A DNA stretch of 32,000 nt from Candidatus Cloacimonas acidaminovorans str. Evry. Its GTDB lineage: Bacteria; Cloacimonadota; Cloacimonadia; Cloacimonadales; Cloacimonadaceae. The notes below the pieces were generated by a model. That model was not told the origin of the DNA and ran no database searches. It saw only the letters and a list, made by a program, of their open reading frames with translations. Shown piece after piece: positions 8,887-17,314 of this stretch. Location of the stretch: contig NC_020449.1 of the NCBI RefSeq assembly GCF_000146065.2, forward strand, positions 1,370,654-1,402,653. The letters run 5' to 3'. Numbering within the stretch: the stretch's first letter is position 1; each line of letters opens with the position of its first letter. Made by a program: the position numbers and the translations under genes.

Positions 8887-9624
8887 TTAAATTTCAATTT
8901 TACGCCTGCCACAACCCTTTGCAGCCAAAAACAATTCCTGCACCGCTGGCTTTTCTACAGTTATTATGCTGTAGCCCTTGCCAATATCATTTAAGTAATG
9001 AGCATCCGAGGCACGCAAAAAGACCTTATCCTTAAAATAAGGATTATCCTGCACCCAGCTTTTAACATCCAGACAAGCGCTTATCCCGAAAAGCTGAAAT
9101 TGAGGCACTTCTGGCATAAAACCCAGCTGACTTAAGATACTATTTACACTGGAATCAATATGAGCCGGAACAACCAGTCCATTATATGCCTGAACCTTTT
9201 CCACTACAGTGTTTAAGTTCCACTGTGAGGAATTTATTAGAGCGCGTGGTTCCACTCTTAAAATGTTCTCATTTTCGTCAATGATTACTTGATCCCCGAA
9301 AAAATCGGGATCGTTATCAAGGGGAAACAAGCTTTCATAGAGTTCTGTATTGAATTTTTCTGCGGAAGAAGAATCCTCAAAATAGGCAAGGAGATGAATT
9401 TCTTCCACACTTTGAATTTCTACTCCCCAAGTGAAAAAAAGTCCTTCTTTTTCCGCTACTTTTTGGTAGGCAGGACAATTTGCCATACTGTTATGATCAG
9501 TAATTGCCAACCATTGAATGCCAAATTGCTTTAATCTTTGCATAATTGAATTGGGAGACATCTCCAAACCCCCACAAGGAGATAAAACAGAATGAATATG
9601 TAAATCAGTGCGGAGCGATAGCAT
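8887..9624 (-). CDS. PHP-domain metal-dependent phosphoesterase
   Basis: The 245-aa protein has N-terminal DLHIHSVLSPCG and AITDHNS, later VPAHID, and SDAHY near the C-terminus. This is the PHP His/Asp pattern. Confidence 0.8.
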   Translation of the reverse strand: MLSLRTDLHIHSVLSPCGGLEMSPNSIMQRLKQFGIQWLAITDHNSMANCPAYQKVAEKEGLFFTWGVEIQSVEEIHLLAYFEDSSSAEKFNTELYESLFPLDNDPDFFGDQVIIDENENILRVEPRALINSSQWNLNTVVEKVQAYNGLVVPAHIDSSVNSILSQLGFMPEVPQFQLFGISACLDVKSWVQDNPYFKDKVFLRASDAHYLNDIGKGYSIITVEKPAVQELFLAAKGCGRRKIEI

Positions 9625-9635
9625 CCGAAAATAAC

Positions 9636-9977
9636 TTAGGAATAAAGTAATTGGTAAAGAATACCAGCAAGTTCAAAAGTAGGTAACTTGCTGGAAATAA
9701 GTAAAATGCCTTCCTCAATCGCTTTTTCTATAACTGCAGTTTCGGGTTCATTTCCTTTGGCAAAAATTATTGCCGGAATGCCAGTCATAGAAGCAACAGC
9801 AATAACATTCAGATGTTTCATAATTGTTATCCAAACCTGTCCTGATTTGGCAGAAGCCATAACATCGCTTAGCATATCACAAACATAAGCACCGTTTATT
9901 TCCACTCCTTCAAGGGCAAGAGAAGGAGTGCAGTTAATGCCATTAATAGCAGTAACATAATCACTTAGCTTAATCAT
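9636..9977 (-). CDS. DRTGG-domain protein
   Basis: The 113-aa protein contains DMLSDVMASAKSGQVWITIMKHLNVIAVASMTGIPAIIFAKG, which resembles small DRTGG proteins found beside FeFe-hydrogenase-like regulators. It overlaps the upstream gene by 8 nt. Confidence 0.6.
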   Translation of the reverse strand: MIKLSDYVTAINGINCTPSLALEGVEINGAYVCDMLSDVMASAKSGQVWITIMKHLNVIAVASMTGIPAIIFAKGNEPETAVIEKAIEEGILLISSKLPTFELAGILYQLLYS

Positions 9978-11277
9978 TTATCCTATCCTTATTTTGATTT
10001 TCTTCTTCCTCACTATCTTTACTGTGACGCTTTAACAGCACCACACAATCATCAATGGATGCCTTTCCTAAAACGATATCTTCTGCCAGAGCATAACAGG
10101 TAGGGCTTCCACAGGCACTGCAATCAAGTCCTGGAAGCATTGTGAGGATTTCATTTATTTGTTTCATTTTCTGAATTGCTTTTTTGATATCCTTATCCAG
10201 TTCCATAATTGGTCTGGGGGCAAGTGGAACTACGGCAAATTCGCCTTTTTGATAGAGTTCATAAAGTTCACTGGTATCAAAATCGCTTCCCTGACCTTCT
10301 TTAATCATTTTTTTAATTCTGCTCATAGCTACGAAAGGATTTTCCACATTTAAACAACCACCAACACAACCATTGGTACAAGTTCGCAATACTATATAGT
10401 CATATTGATCAAGGTAATGATCTTCCACCCGGGAAAGGATTTCCATCACATTTTCCACTCCGTTTACTGATAAAGTGCGGATATCTTCACAATCAACAAG
10501 TTCTGCCTGCACTCCGGAAAGAGCCCAAGTTAAACCTTGGGGATATGTTTCAATAGAAGGAGGATTATTTTGCAGTTCTTTTAAGGAGTCCCGTATTTTG
10601 CCATAAATCATTCCAATAGAAAAAGCTCCATCCTGAAGATGTTTATAAGCGCCTTCAGGTTGGTGAACTGCAGTCACATGAGCAATACAAGGGACAATTA
10701 AAAAAATGCCTATTTCTTTTTCTTCCAAACCGTATTCTTTGTTTATTTTATCTCTAAAATACCTGGTTAAAATGCTCATTGGAGCTTCCTGGTGAAAAAG
10801 ATTCGGCAGTAAAGAAGGATATTTTAGTTGAATTAAACGCACAACGGATGGACAATTACTACTTAAAATAGGCCTTTTATCCCGATTTTTTCTGATATAA
10901 TCACGAATAATGTTAATCATAAAATCCGTTACTGCCGCTTCTTCTGCCACTTGATCAAAACCGAGATTTAGAACTGCCTGTTTGGCAACTTGATAGCTAA
11001 TATCTTCCGTAAATTGGCCAAAAAAGGAAGAAGAAATAATAGCCAGCTTGTATTTGAACTTATGAATTATTTCCAGAGGATCGCTAAGCGGAATTATAGC
11101 ATGAAAACGACAAACATTTACACAATTGCCACAATCCACACAACGGTAAGGATCAATATTTGCCTTGTGGTCTCTAACCCTTATTGCTTCTGTAGGACAA
11201 ACTCTAACGCAAGCAGTGCAGCCGGTACAATTATCTGCCAAAATTTGCAGAGCATGAAAATATTTCGTTTCAGTCAT
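9970..11277 (-). CDS. [FeFe]-hydrogenase-like (HydS-type, putative sensory) protein: 2x[4Fe-4S], an H-domain-like core with altered motifs, and a C-terminal CxxCxxxxC Fe-S domain
   Basis: The 435-aa protein has CTGCTACVRVCP and CVDCGNCVNVC. H-cluster motif equivalents are SSNCPSVV (canonical TSCCP), VPCIAHVTA (canonical MPCxxKxxE) and TCTNGCVGG. The C-terminus reads CSACGSPTCYALAEDIVLGKASIDDC. Confidence 0.75.
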   Translation of the reverse strand: MTETKYFHALQILADNCTGCTACVRVCPTEAIRVRDHKANIDPYRCVDCGNCVNVCRFHAIIPLSDPLEIIHKFKYKLAIISSSFFGQFTEDISYQVAKQAVLNLGFDQVAEEAAVTDFMINIIRDYIRKNRDKRPILSSNCPSVVRLIQLKYPSLLPNLFHQEAPMSILTRYFRDKINKEYGLEEKEIGIFLIVPCIAHVTAVHQPEGAYKHLQDGAFSIGMIYGKIRDSLKELQNNPPSIETYPQGLTWALSGVQAELVDCEDIRTLSVNGVENVMEILSRVEDHYLDQYDYIVLRTCTNGCVGGCLNVENPFVAMSRIKKMIKEGQGSDFDTSELYELYQKGEFAVVPLAPRPIMELDKDIKKAIQKMKQINEILTMLPGLDCSACGSPTCYALAEDIVLGKASIDDCVVLLKRHSKDSEEEENQNKDRIND

Positions 11278-11289
11278 ATCGCTTTTATC

Positions 11290-11778
11290 TTAGAAAAATA
11301 TTATTATTTCTACTAAGGTGGGAGAATTTAATGCCGATGTTATGTGCAATGCATCACTGTTTTTTTGAATATTAGGCAAGCCCAAACCGGCTCCAAAACC
11401 TAATTCGCGCACTAAATCATCGGCTGTAGAAAAACCGGGGGTCATTGCTTGTTGAATATTACTAATTCCAGGTCCGTTATCCATAAACTGCATATAAATT
11501 AGATTATCAAACACATTGCTGATCATTTTTCCACCTTGAGAATGAGCAGCAACATTTATTTCTGCCTCATAACCCGCAACTGCAATGCGTCTTAAAATTT
11601 CCGAATCTACTCCTAAGCGTTTTAGCAAATTCTTTAATTCCGAGGAACCCTTTCCGGCAATATTAAAATCCTTTCCTGGAATATCAAGTTCCAAAACTAC
11701 TTCCGGTTCTCTTTTTTGAGCAAAAAAGTCCTGCACTTTTTCTTCAAAATCTGGTTTTATATACCAGTATTCGGACAT
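11290..11778 (-). CDS. HATPase_c-type ATP-binding protein (anti-sigma-factor / Ser-Thr kinase-like)
   Basis: Track ORF 11290..11823. The internal ATG at 11776-11778 (MSEYWYIKPDF...) removes a 44-nt overlap with the upstream gene and is the likelier start. Motifs are NVAAHS, DNGPGI and GFGAGLGLPNI. Confidence 0.65.
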   Translation of the reverse strand: MSEYWYIKPDFEEKVQDFFAQKREPEVVLELDIPGKDFNIAGKGSSELKNLLKRLGVDSEILRRIAVAGYEAEINVAAHSQGGKMISNVFDNLIYMQFMDNGPGISNIQQAMTPGFSTADDLVRELGFGAGLGLPNIQKNSDALHITSALNSPTLVEIIIFF

Positions 11779-11779
11779 T

Positions 11780-12127
11780 TCAAATTCGGCAACTGCGGAG
11801 TCCTGCATTATATAATATCCCACTTGAACGGTATAAAGTCATATTAGTCGCAACTAATGGAAGACCTCGTTCTTTTGCCATATCAATAACATCTTGCATT
11901 GGTTTTTTACCACGAACGAAAACAATGCCTATTAAATCTATCATATCGGCAAGACGGATTACCTGATTATTGGTAAGTCCGGTTAAAAGCAGGGTTGGCT
12001 CCTTGGTGCACATCAGAATATCGGAAATTAAATCCGAGGCAAAGGCACAGGGAACTTCCCGGTTCAAATCAGCTCCTTCGTAAAGAACTTCCGCTTCCAG
12101 AAGTTCTACAATATCTCGTAAGGTCAT
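11780..12127 (-). CDS. DRTGG-domain protein, first gene of the hydrogenase operon
   Basis: The 115-aa protein contains ASDLISDILMCTKEPTLLLTGLTNNQVIRLADMIDLIGIVFVRGKKP and is a paralog of 9636..9977. Confidence 0.6.
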   Translation of the reverse strand: MTLRDIVELLEAEVLYEGADLNREVPCAFASDLISDILMCTKEPTLLLTGLTNNQVIRLADMIDLIGIVFVRGKKPMQDVIDMAKERGLPLVATNMTLYRSSGILYNAGLRSCRI

Positions 12128-12161
12128 TCACTTTTTCCCTTAATCTTTTTTTTGTTATTTC

Positions 12162-12190
12162 ATTAAATATAGATATAGAAATTCAGTCAA
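12162..12190 (-). promoter_or_regulatory. Sigma70-like promoter of the hydrogenase operon
   Basis: The minus strand reads TTGACT (12185-12190), a 17-nt spacer, then TTTAAT (12162-12167), about 35 nt upstream of the ATG at 12127. The gdhA promoter candidate has the same -10 hexamer and spacing. Confidence 0.5.
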
Positions 12191-12212
12191 GGGAAAAGTA
12201 AGAGGGTAGAGA

Positions 12213-12324
12213 GGTTTTAACTTACAATTTTCACTTTCCCTCCCAATAATCATTACCCCACCAACTATTACACTTACAACCGAGCAATTACTGGTTCATA
12301 AATTAAAAAATTGTAAGTTAAAAC
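12213..12324. repeat. 18-bp perfect inverted repeat (gttttaacttacaatttt / aaaattgtaagttaaaac) enclosing copy 2 of the ~66-bp intergenic module (12214-12280)
   Basis: Arms at 12214-12231 and 12307-12324 are exact reverse complements. The enclosed sequence matches 1455-1520. Confidence 0.8.
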
Positions 12325-12417
12325 AAAATATATTGTCGCTTCCCCCTATATTTTAATGTTGTTTATTGTGCCCAAACGCATTATTATATCTTTAGCGCAA
12401 ACAAAAGGAGGAGAAAA

Positions 12418-13098
12418 ATGAAGCTTCAATATTTGGGACATTCGGCTTTTCTGTTTTCAGATAGCCAAAATCGTACAATCCTTATAGACCCTTTTTTAAC
12501 AGGTAATCCCCTGGCACCTGTAAAAGCCAGTCAAGTGAAAGCGGATTATATCATTCTTACTCATGCTCATTCCGATCATATAGGTGATGCATTAACCATA
12601 GCAGATAAGCGAAAAACTACAATTATCTGTGTTGTAGAGCTTGCTTCCATAATTTCCAAAAATGGCTATAATACTCATCCTCTACAAATAGGAGGTGCTT
12701 TTCAATTTCCTTTCGGTAAAGTAAAAATGGTTACCGCTTTTCATGGTTCTGCAACCTCTAACGGTCTTTATGCCGGTTTAGCTGCGGGAGTAGTTTTCAA
12801 ATTGGACCATAAAACCATTTATCATTGTGGTGATACAGGCATTTTTGGAGATATGAAATTGATTGGAGAGATTGATAAAATTGATGTTCTCCTGATTCCT
12901 ATAGGTGGCAATTATACAATGGATATTGATGATGCTGTGCGTGCCGTCAGTTTGATTCAGCCGGAATTGGCTATTCCTATGCACTATAATACTTTTGATT
13001 TAATTAGAGCTAATCCGCAGGAATTCGTGGATAAAATTACTGCTAACGGTTTTGCAGGAAAGGTGTTAAAGCCAGGAGAAGAACTCCAGTTTTCCTAA
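12418..13098 (+). CDS. UPF0173-type metal-dependent hydrolase (MBL fold)
   Basis: The 226-aa protein starts MKLQYLGHSAFLF and contains IDPFLTGNP and THAHSDHIGD. A strong SD (aaggagg) lies 8 nt upstream. Confidence 0.85.
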   Translation: MKLQYLGHSAFLFSDSQNRTILIDPFLTGNPLAPVKASQVKADYIILTHAHSDHIGDALTIADKRKTTIICVVELASIISKNGYNTHPLQIGGAFQFPFGKVKMVTAFHGSATSNGLYAGLAAGVVFKLDHKTIYHCGDTGIFGDMKLIGEIDKIDVLLIPIGGNYTMDIDDAVRAVSLIQPELAIPMHYNTFDLIRANPQEFVDKITANGFAGKVLKPGEELQFS

Positions 13099-13250
13099 TT
13101 GTTTTACTGCGTGAAGACAAAAACGGGATGACAAATTCCGAGGGGGTAAAAGAAATTGAGTTTTTTGTATAATAATCCGCCAACCCTTTTAGCAATGGGG
13201 AATTTATTTAATACATTTTAATTATATCTAACTAAAAACACTTCTTCCTT

Positions 13251-13327
13251 AATAGCATTGCTTACCCATTGCTTACCCATTACGGATGGCATTAGTAATG
13301 GGTAAGCAATGCTTCAGTAATGCTATT
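13251..13327. repeat. Compound hairpin: 17-bp stem (13267-13283 with 13296-13312) nested in a 9-bp outer stem (13251-13259 with 13319-13327), plus a direct 11-nt duplication attgcttaccc x2
   Basis: The reverse complement of gtaatgggtaagcaatg equals cattgcttacccattac, and aatagcatt pairs with aatgctatt. No adjacent T-run is present, so it is not a classical terminator. Confidence 0.75.
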
Positions 13328-13702
13328 GGATGAAAGAGAATAGAAATAATAGTAAACATTATTTCTCCTCTCTTTAATCATATATTGTAGTAAAAATTCT
13401 GGAGGCATTACAGTTAGATAACGACGGTTTGTTTTAGCCCAAATAATGCGGTTTGTTTGAAAGCCCGAAGGTAATTTCCCTTTCATTTTTTTCCAATACA
13501 TTATTGGAGTTTAACATTACAATTTTGGGCTTTGATAAATATGCTTTATCTTGATTGATGAGGACTTCAACCTTCCGAGTAGTTTTCCTTTTTTCCTTGA
13601 CAATTCTTTATCCTTGGTAAACAAAGAAAAAAAGTTAATAAGACCCTTTTTTATCAGACATAAGCTTTTGCTAAATGATGAATTAGATAAACGGAGTAAA
13701 CA

Positions 13703-14500
13703 ATGAAAAAAACGGTTTGGTTAATTATTGCCATCGTAATTTTGATGGGTCTGGTTGGTTGTAAAAAAAAGGAAGAAAAATTACCCAGCCAGGAAACAGC
13801 ATCCGCTATCACAACTTATGCTCCTCTGCCTTCATTTAAAGAGGTTTTTAGAGTTCTGGATCAACTTCAGGTAAAAGATATTTCAGCTGCCGTTCCTGCT
13901 GATCTTTATAAAACCAAGCAAGAAGAGGTTCGTAACGCTTTTTCCTTAGGTTTACTAACGGCAGATGCTACTTTAGCTGCTAAAGGTCATAATAAAAAGC
14001 GCCTGAGTCAGATTTCTTCCAGGATGATGGATTTAACCACTCTTCTGGGTTTGGAGGAAGAAGTAAATCAAATGAGTGCCGAACTGAAAAATTTGCTTGA
14101 AAAAGAACAATGGACTGAACTGGAAACCGCTTTGGATACTCACAAGAAAAAAGTGGAAGATAAGCTCTGGGAAATGGAAAGTTTTGATAACTACACTCTG
14201 CTGCTTCTCGGCGGTTGGATTGAAGCTACCAATCGCGTTGCCTGGCTTATAAAACAGGATTACTCTGCAGAAAAAACCAAGGCATTGAACCAAAAAGGCA
14301 CATTCAACAGCTTAATCGGTAATTTGAAAAATATCAAAGCAGAACATATTACCAGTCAACCTGAATTTCAAGAGGTTTTAGGTTTGATGGAACAGCTTAA
14401 AGCGGTTATTGATGCCGATAAAGAAAAGACATATACTCCGGAACAGCTGGATCAAATAATTTCGCTGACTAATCAGATTAAAGAGACCTTTAAAAAGTAA
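13703..14500 (+). CDS. Lipoprotein of unknown function, helical and Lys/Glu-rich
   Basis: The 265-aa protein has a signal peptide with a lipobox (LMGLVGC). No family was recognised. A TTGACA lies at 13597-13602 upstream. Confidence 0.6.
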   Translation: MKKTVWLIIAIVILMGLVGCKKKEEKLPSQETASAITTYAPLPSFKEVFRVLDQLQVKDISAAVPADLYKTKQEEVRNAFSLGLLTADATLAAKGHNKKRLSQISSRMMDLTTLLGLEEEVNQMSAELKNLLEKEQWTELETALDTHKKKVEDKLWEMESFDNYTLLLLGGWIEATNRVAWLIKQDYSAEKTKALNQKGTFNSLIGNLKNIKAEHITSQPEFQEVLGLMEQLKAVIDADKEKTYTPEQLDQIISLTNQIKETFKK

Positions 14501-14525
14501 TTTCTGCTATTATTATGTTACAATC

Positions 14526-14576
14526 AGGTTGGGAAAAAGCAAGATTTAAGGATTGCTGATATTACTTTCCCAACCT
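14526..14576 (+). promoter_or_regulatory. Intercistronic hairpin with an 11-bp perfect stem (aggttgggaaa / tttcccaacct) and a 29-nt loop
   Basis: Arms at 14526-14536 and 14566-14576 are exact complements, followed by ttattat. It could be a weak terminator or a processing site between the lipoprotein gene and the next four genes. Confidence 0.4.
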
Positions 14577-14691
14577 TATTATCTATGGCTGTTCTATTGA
14601 ATTCTGATGGAACAGATACAGAATAATGGATTTTTTTGAACTTTGTGGCAAATTGTGGTTTGCCATCCTGCAAAAAACTAAAAGGAAGATA

Positions 14692-15792
14692 ATGAAAAAA
14701 GTAATACTAATTTCGGGTATTCTATTCTTTTCCACCCTGTTATTTGCCCAATCCACCTTTTTTTGGATTGAAGATGTTCCCTGGGATGATGGAAAGGCGC
14801 TAAACATTAAAGCAAATGTTCCTGCCGATACTGTCTATCTGCAAAAAGCTTTGGAAGATGGAACCTGGGAAACAATTTACACCGGTAGAGGAAGGTCTCT
14901 TTCCTTTACGCAAAATGAACTCAATCCTGATATTAAATACAGATACCGTTTGCTGGTTCCGCGTCCTGCATTTAATGATACCATATTTTTTATGGCAGAA
15001 GCTCAACCAAAGGAACAATGGTTCTATCTGCACAAGCTTTCCTATCTTTTAATTCTGCTTGCTGTTTCCATTGCTATTATCTATTATGTACAAAATGCTC
15101 GCAAAGGAAAGGAATATTATATTCGCAGGATTAGCGGTCTGGATTGTATTGAGGATTCCATTGGCAGGGCTACGGAAAAAGGAAAACCCATTCTTTTTGT
15201 TCCCGGAATTATGGATTTGGATGATATTCAAACTATTTCCAGTTTAACCATCTTAAGCCATTTGGCTCATAAAGCGGCGGAATATGATACGGAAATAATT
15301 GTTCCCTGCAGGTTTTCTATGGTTTTATCCGCTGCCCGAGAAGTAGTAAAAGAAGCATATATCAAAGCTGAAAAGCCCGATGCTTACAATCAGGATAGGA
15401 TTTTTTACTTAACCGATGATCAATTTGGTTATGTAGCAGGAATTGATGGAATTATGGTACGCGAACAGCCAGCAGCCAATTTTTTCCTCGGAAGTTTTTA
15501 TGCCGAATCCTTAATTTTAGCTGAAACCGGTTTTAGTACAGGCGCAATTCAAACGGCTGGAACCGCTCAGGCAAGTCAATTACCCTTTTTTGTGGTCTCT
15601 TGTGATTACACTTTGATTGGAGAAGAACTTTTTGCCGCTTCCGCTTATCTTTCGCGTGATCCGCAACAGCTGGGTTCTTTAAAGGGTCATGATTTCGGTA
15701 AACTTTTAGTAATTCTATTAATTATAGCTGGAGTAATAACAGAAATGTCTGGCTGGCATTGGTTTAAAGCATTTTTTGAGGGGGCACAATGA
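14692..15792 (+). CDS. Uncharacterised envelope protein: signal peptide, beta-rich N-terminal domain, TM helix, soluble domain, C-terminal TM helix
   Basis: Track ORF 14626..15792. The in-frame ATG at 14692 follows aaaggaag and gives the signal peptide MKKVILISGILFFSTLLFAQ. The C-terminal half resembles the protein at 16484..17314. Confidence 0.6.
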   Translation: MKKVILISGILFFSTLLFAQSTFFWIEDVPWDDGKALNIKANVPADTVYLQKALEDGTWETIYTGRGRSLSFTQNELNPDIKYRYRLLVPRPAFNDTIFFMAEAQPKEQWFYLHKLSYLLILLAVSIAIIYYVQNARKGKEYYIRRISGLDCIEDSIGRATEKGKPILFVPGIMDLDDIQTISSLTILSHLAHKAAEYDTEIIVPCRFSMVLSAAREVVKEAYIKAEKPDAYNQDRIFYLTDDQFGYVAGIDGIMVREQPAANFFLGSFYAESLILAETGFSTGAIQTAGTAQASQLPFFVVSCDYTLIGEELFAASAYLSRDPQQLGSLKGHDFGKLLVILLIIAGVITEMSGWHWFKAFFEGAQ

Positions 15793-16487
15793 AGTATAAA
15801 ATCCCTCTTGTCTTTGCCTTTGTATGTGGAATTCTTGTAGTTATTTCCGAATTTATTCCCCACCGTCCTTTCAATATGCTGATTACCACTTTGCAGGATT
15901 GGTTTATGATTATTTCCGGTTTTGCCATTCTTTTAGGGCAAATCAGTTTGTTTCAGGCAAACATTAAAAAAATCAAAGAAAAAAACAAGGACTGGCCCTT
16001 TTACCTCGCGGGTCTGATTAGTTTTACTGTAATGTTAATTTTTGGCTTGCTGTGGGGAACTCAGGAATATAGAGGAATTTTTGGTCAAGGAGAAAAAATC
16101 CAGGCAACGGTAGGAATGAAACCCTTTGATTATCTGTTTGCCAATGCTTTTATGCCACTATCGTCAACAATGTTTTCCCTGCTGGCATTTTTTATTGCTT
16201 CAGCTGCTTATCGTGCTTTTATTATTCGTAGTTTTGAATCCAATCTATTAATGATTACGGCTGTAATAGTAATGTTAGGAAGAACCAGTTTTGGTGGAAT
16301 GCTTACTTCCTGGCTTCCAGAAGGGCTTAAATTTTTACATCTTCCCAATTTGAGCGATTTTATTATGGAATTTCCCAATTCTGCAGCTCAAAGGGCAATT
16401 CTGATTAGCGCTGCTTTAGGAATAATAGGAAGCAGTTTAAGGATTATTCTTGGTATTGAAAGATCCTATCTGGGAGGCGAAAAATGA
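15789..16487 (+). CDS. Polytopic membrane protein of unknown function
   Basis: The 232-aa protein has several hydrophobic helices. ATGA start/stop overlaps occur at both ends. Confidence 0.6.
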   Translation: MKYKIPLVFAFVCGILVVISEFIPHRPFNMLITTLQDWFMIISGFAILLGQISLFQANIKKIKEKNKDWPFYLAGLISFTVMLIFGLLWGTQEYRGIFGQGEKIQATVGMKPFDYLFANAFMPLSSTMFSLLAFFIASAAYRAFIIRSFESNLLMITAVIVMLGRTSFGGMLTSWLPEGLKFLHLPNLSDFIMEFPNSAAQRAILISAALGIIGSSLRIILGIERSYLGGEK

Positions 16488-17314
16488 GCGCTAATAAAAA
16501 TACCCAAACCGAACGCAGAATAATCTATTTAGTCCTTTTAGTTGCAGTTGCTCTGCCCCTTATTTTTCCTATCGGCTGGAAAACAGAGGTCTCCAGCTAC
16601 ACAAAAATGGCTTGGGAACTGATTCAAAATACCCCGGATTCTTCAGTTGTAGTTTTCTCCTTTGATTATGATCCTTCTACCCTAACAGAAATTCAACCAA
16701 TGGCAGAAGCAATGCTGGAACATTCTTTTTCCCGCAATCAAAAAATTATTGCTGTGGCTCTTTGGCCTCAAGGTGTGCAAATGGCAGACCAGGCATTTAC
16801 TGTAGCCCTTAAAAAATATCCTGAGAAAAAATATGGTGTGGATTATGTTAATTTGGGCTACAAAGTTGCAGGCATTGTTGCTATTCAAGCAATGGGAAAA
16901 TCAATGCAAGAGGTTTTTCCCTCCGATCAAAGCGGGACAAAATATGAAAATATTCCAATGCTGAAAAAGGTTAAAACCCTGAAAGATGTTGCCTATATTT
17001 GTTCCCTTTCCAGTGGAACTCCAGGAATTAAAGAATGGGTTATGGCTGCCCGCGATCCTTTAGGAACTCCTGTTACAGGCGGAACTACAGCAGTTAGCGC
17101 TCCTGGTTTATTACCTTATGTAAATAGCCAGAAACAACTTTACGGCTTGCTGGGTGGACTTAAAGCTGCCTCAGAATATGAAACCCTGATCAATAAAATT
17201 GGCAGCGCTACTATCAAAATGGATGCACAGTCCATTGCTCATCTGCTGATTTTAGTTTTCATCATTATCGGAAATATAAAAGCTTTCTATAGCAGAAAAA
17301 GGGGTGCACAATGA
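16484..17314 (+). CDS. Bitopic membrane protein of unknown function, paralogous to the C-terminal half of 14692..15792
   Basis: The 276-aa protein has N- and C-terminal TM helices. The segment GTPVTGGTTAVSAPGLLPYV...LYGLLGGLKAASEY parallels GAIQTAGTAQASQLPFFV...TLIGEELFAASAY in the earlier protein. Confidence 0.6.
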   Translation: MSANKNTQTERRIIYLVLLVAVALPLIFPIGWKTEVSSYTKMAWELIQNTPDSSVVVFSFDYDPSTLTEIQPMAEAMLEHSFSRNQKIIAVALWPQGVQMADQAFTVALKKYPEKKYGVDYVNLGYKVAGIVAIQAMGKSMQEVFPSDQSGTKYENIPMLKKVKTLKDVAYICSLSSGTPGIKEWVMAARDPLGTPVTGGTTAVSAPGLLPYVNSQKQLYGLLGGLKAASEYETLINKIGSATIKMDAQSIAHLLILVFIIIGNIKAFYSRKRGAQ

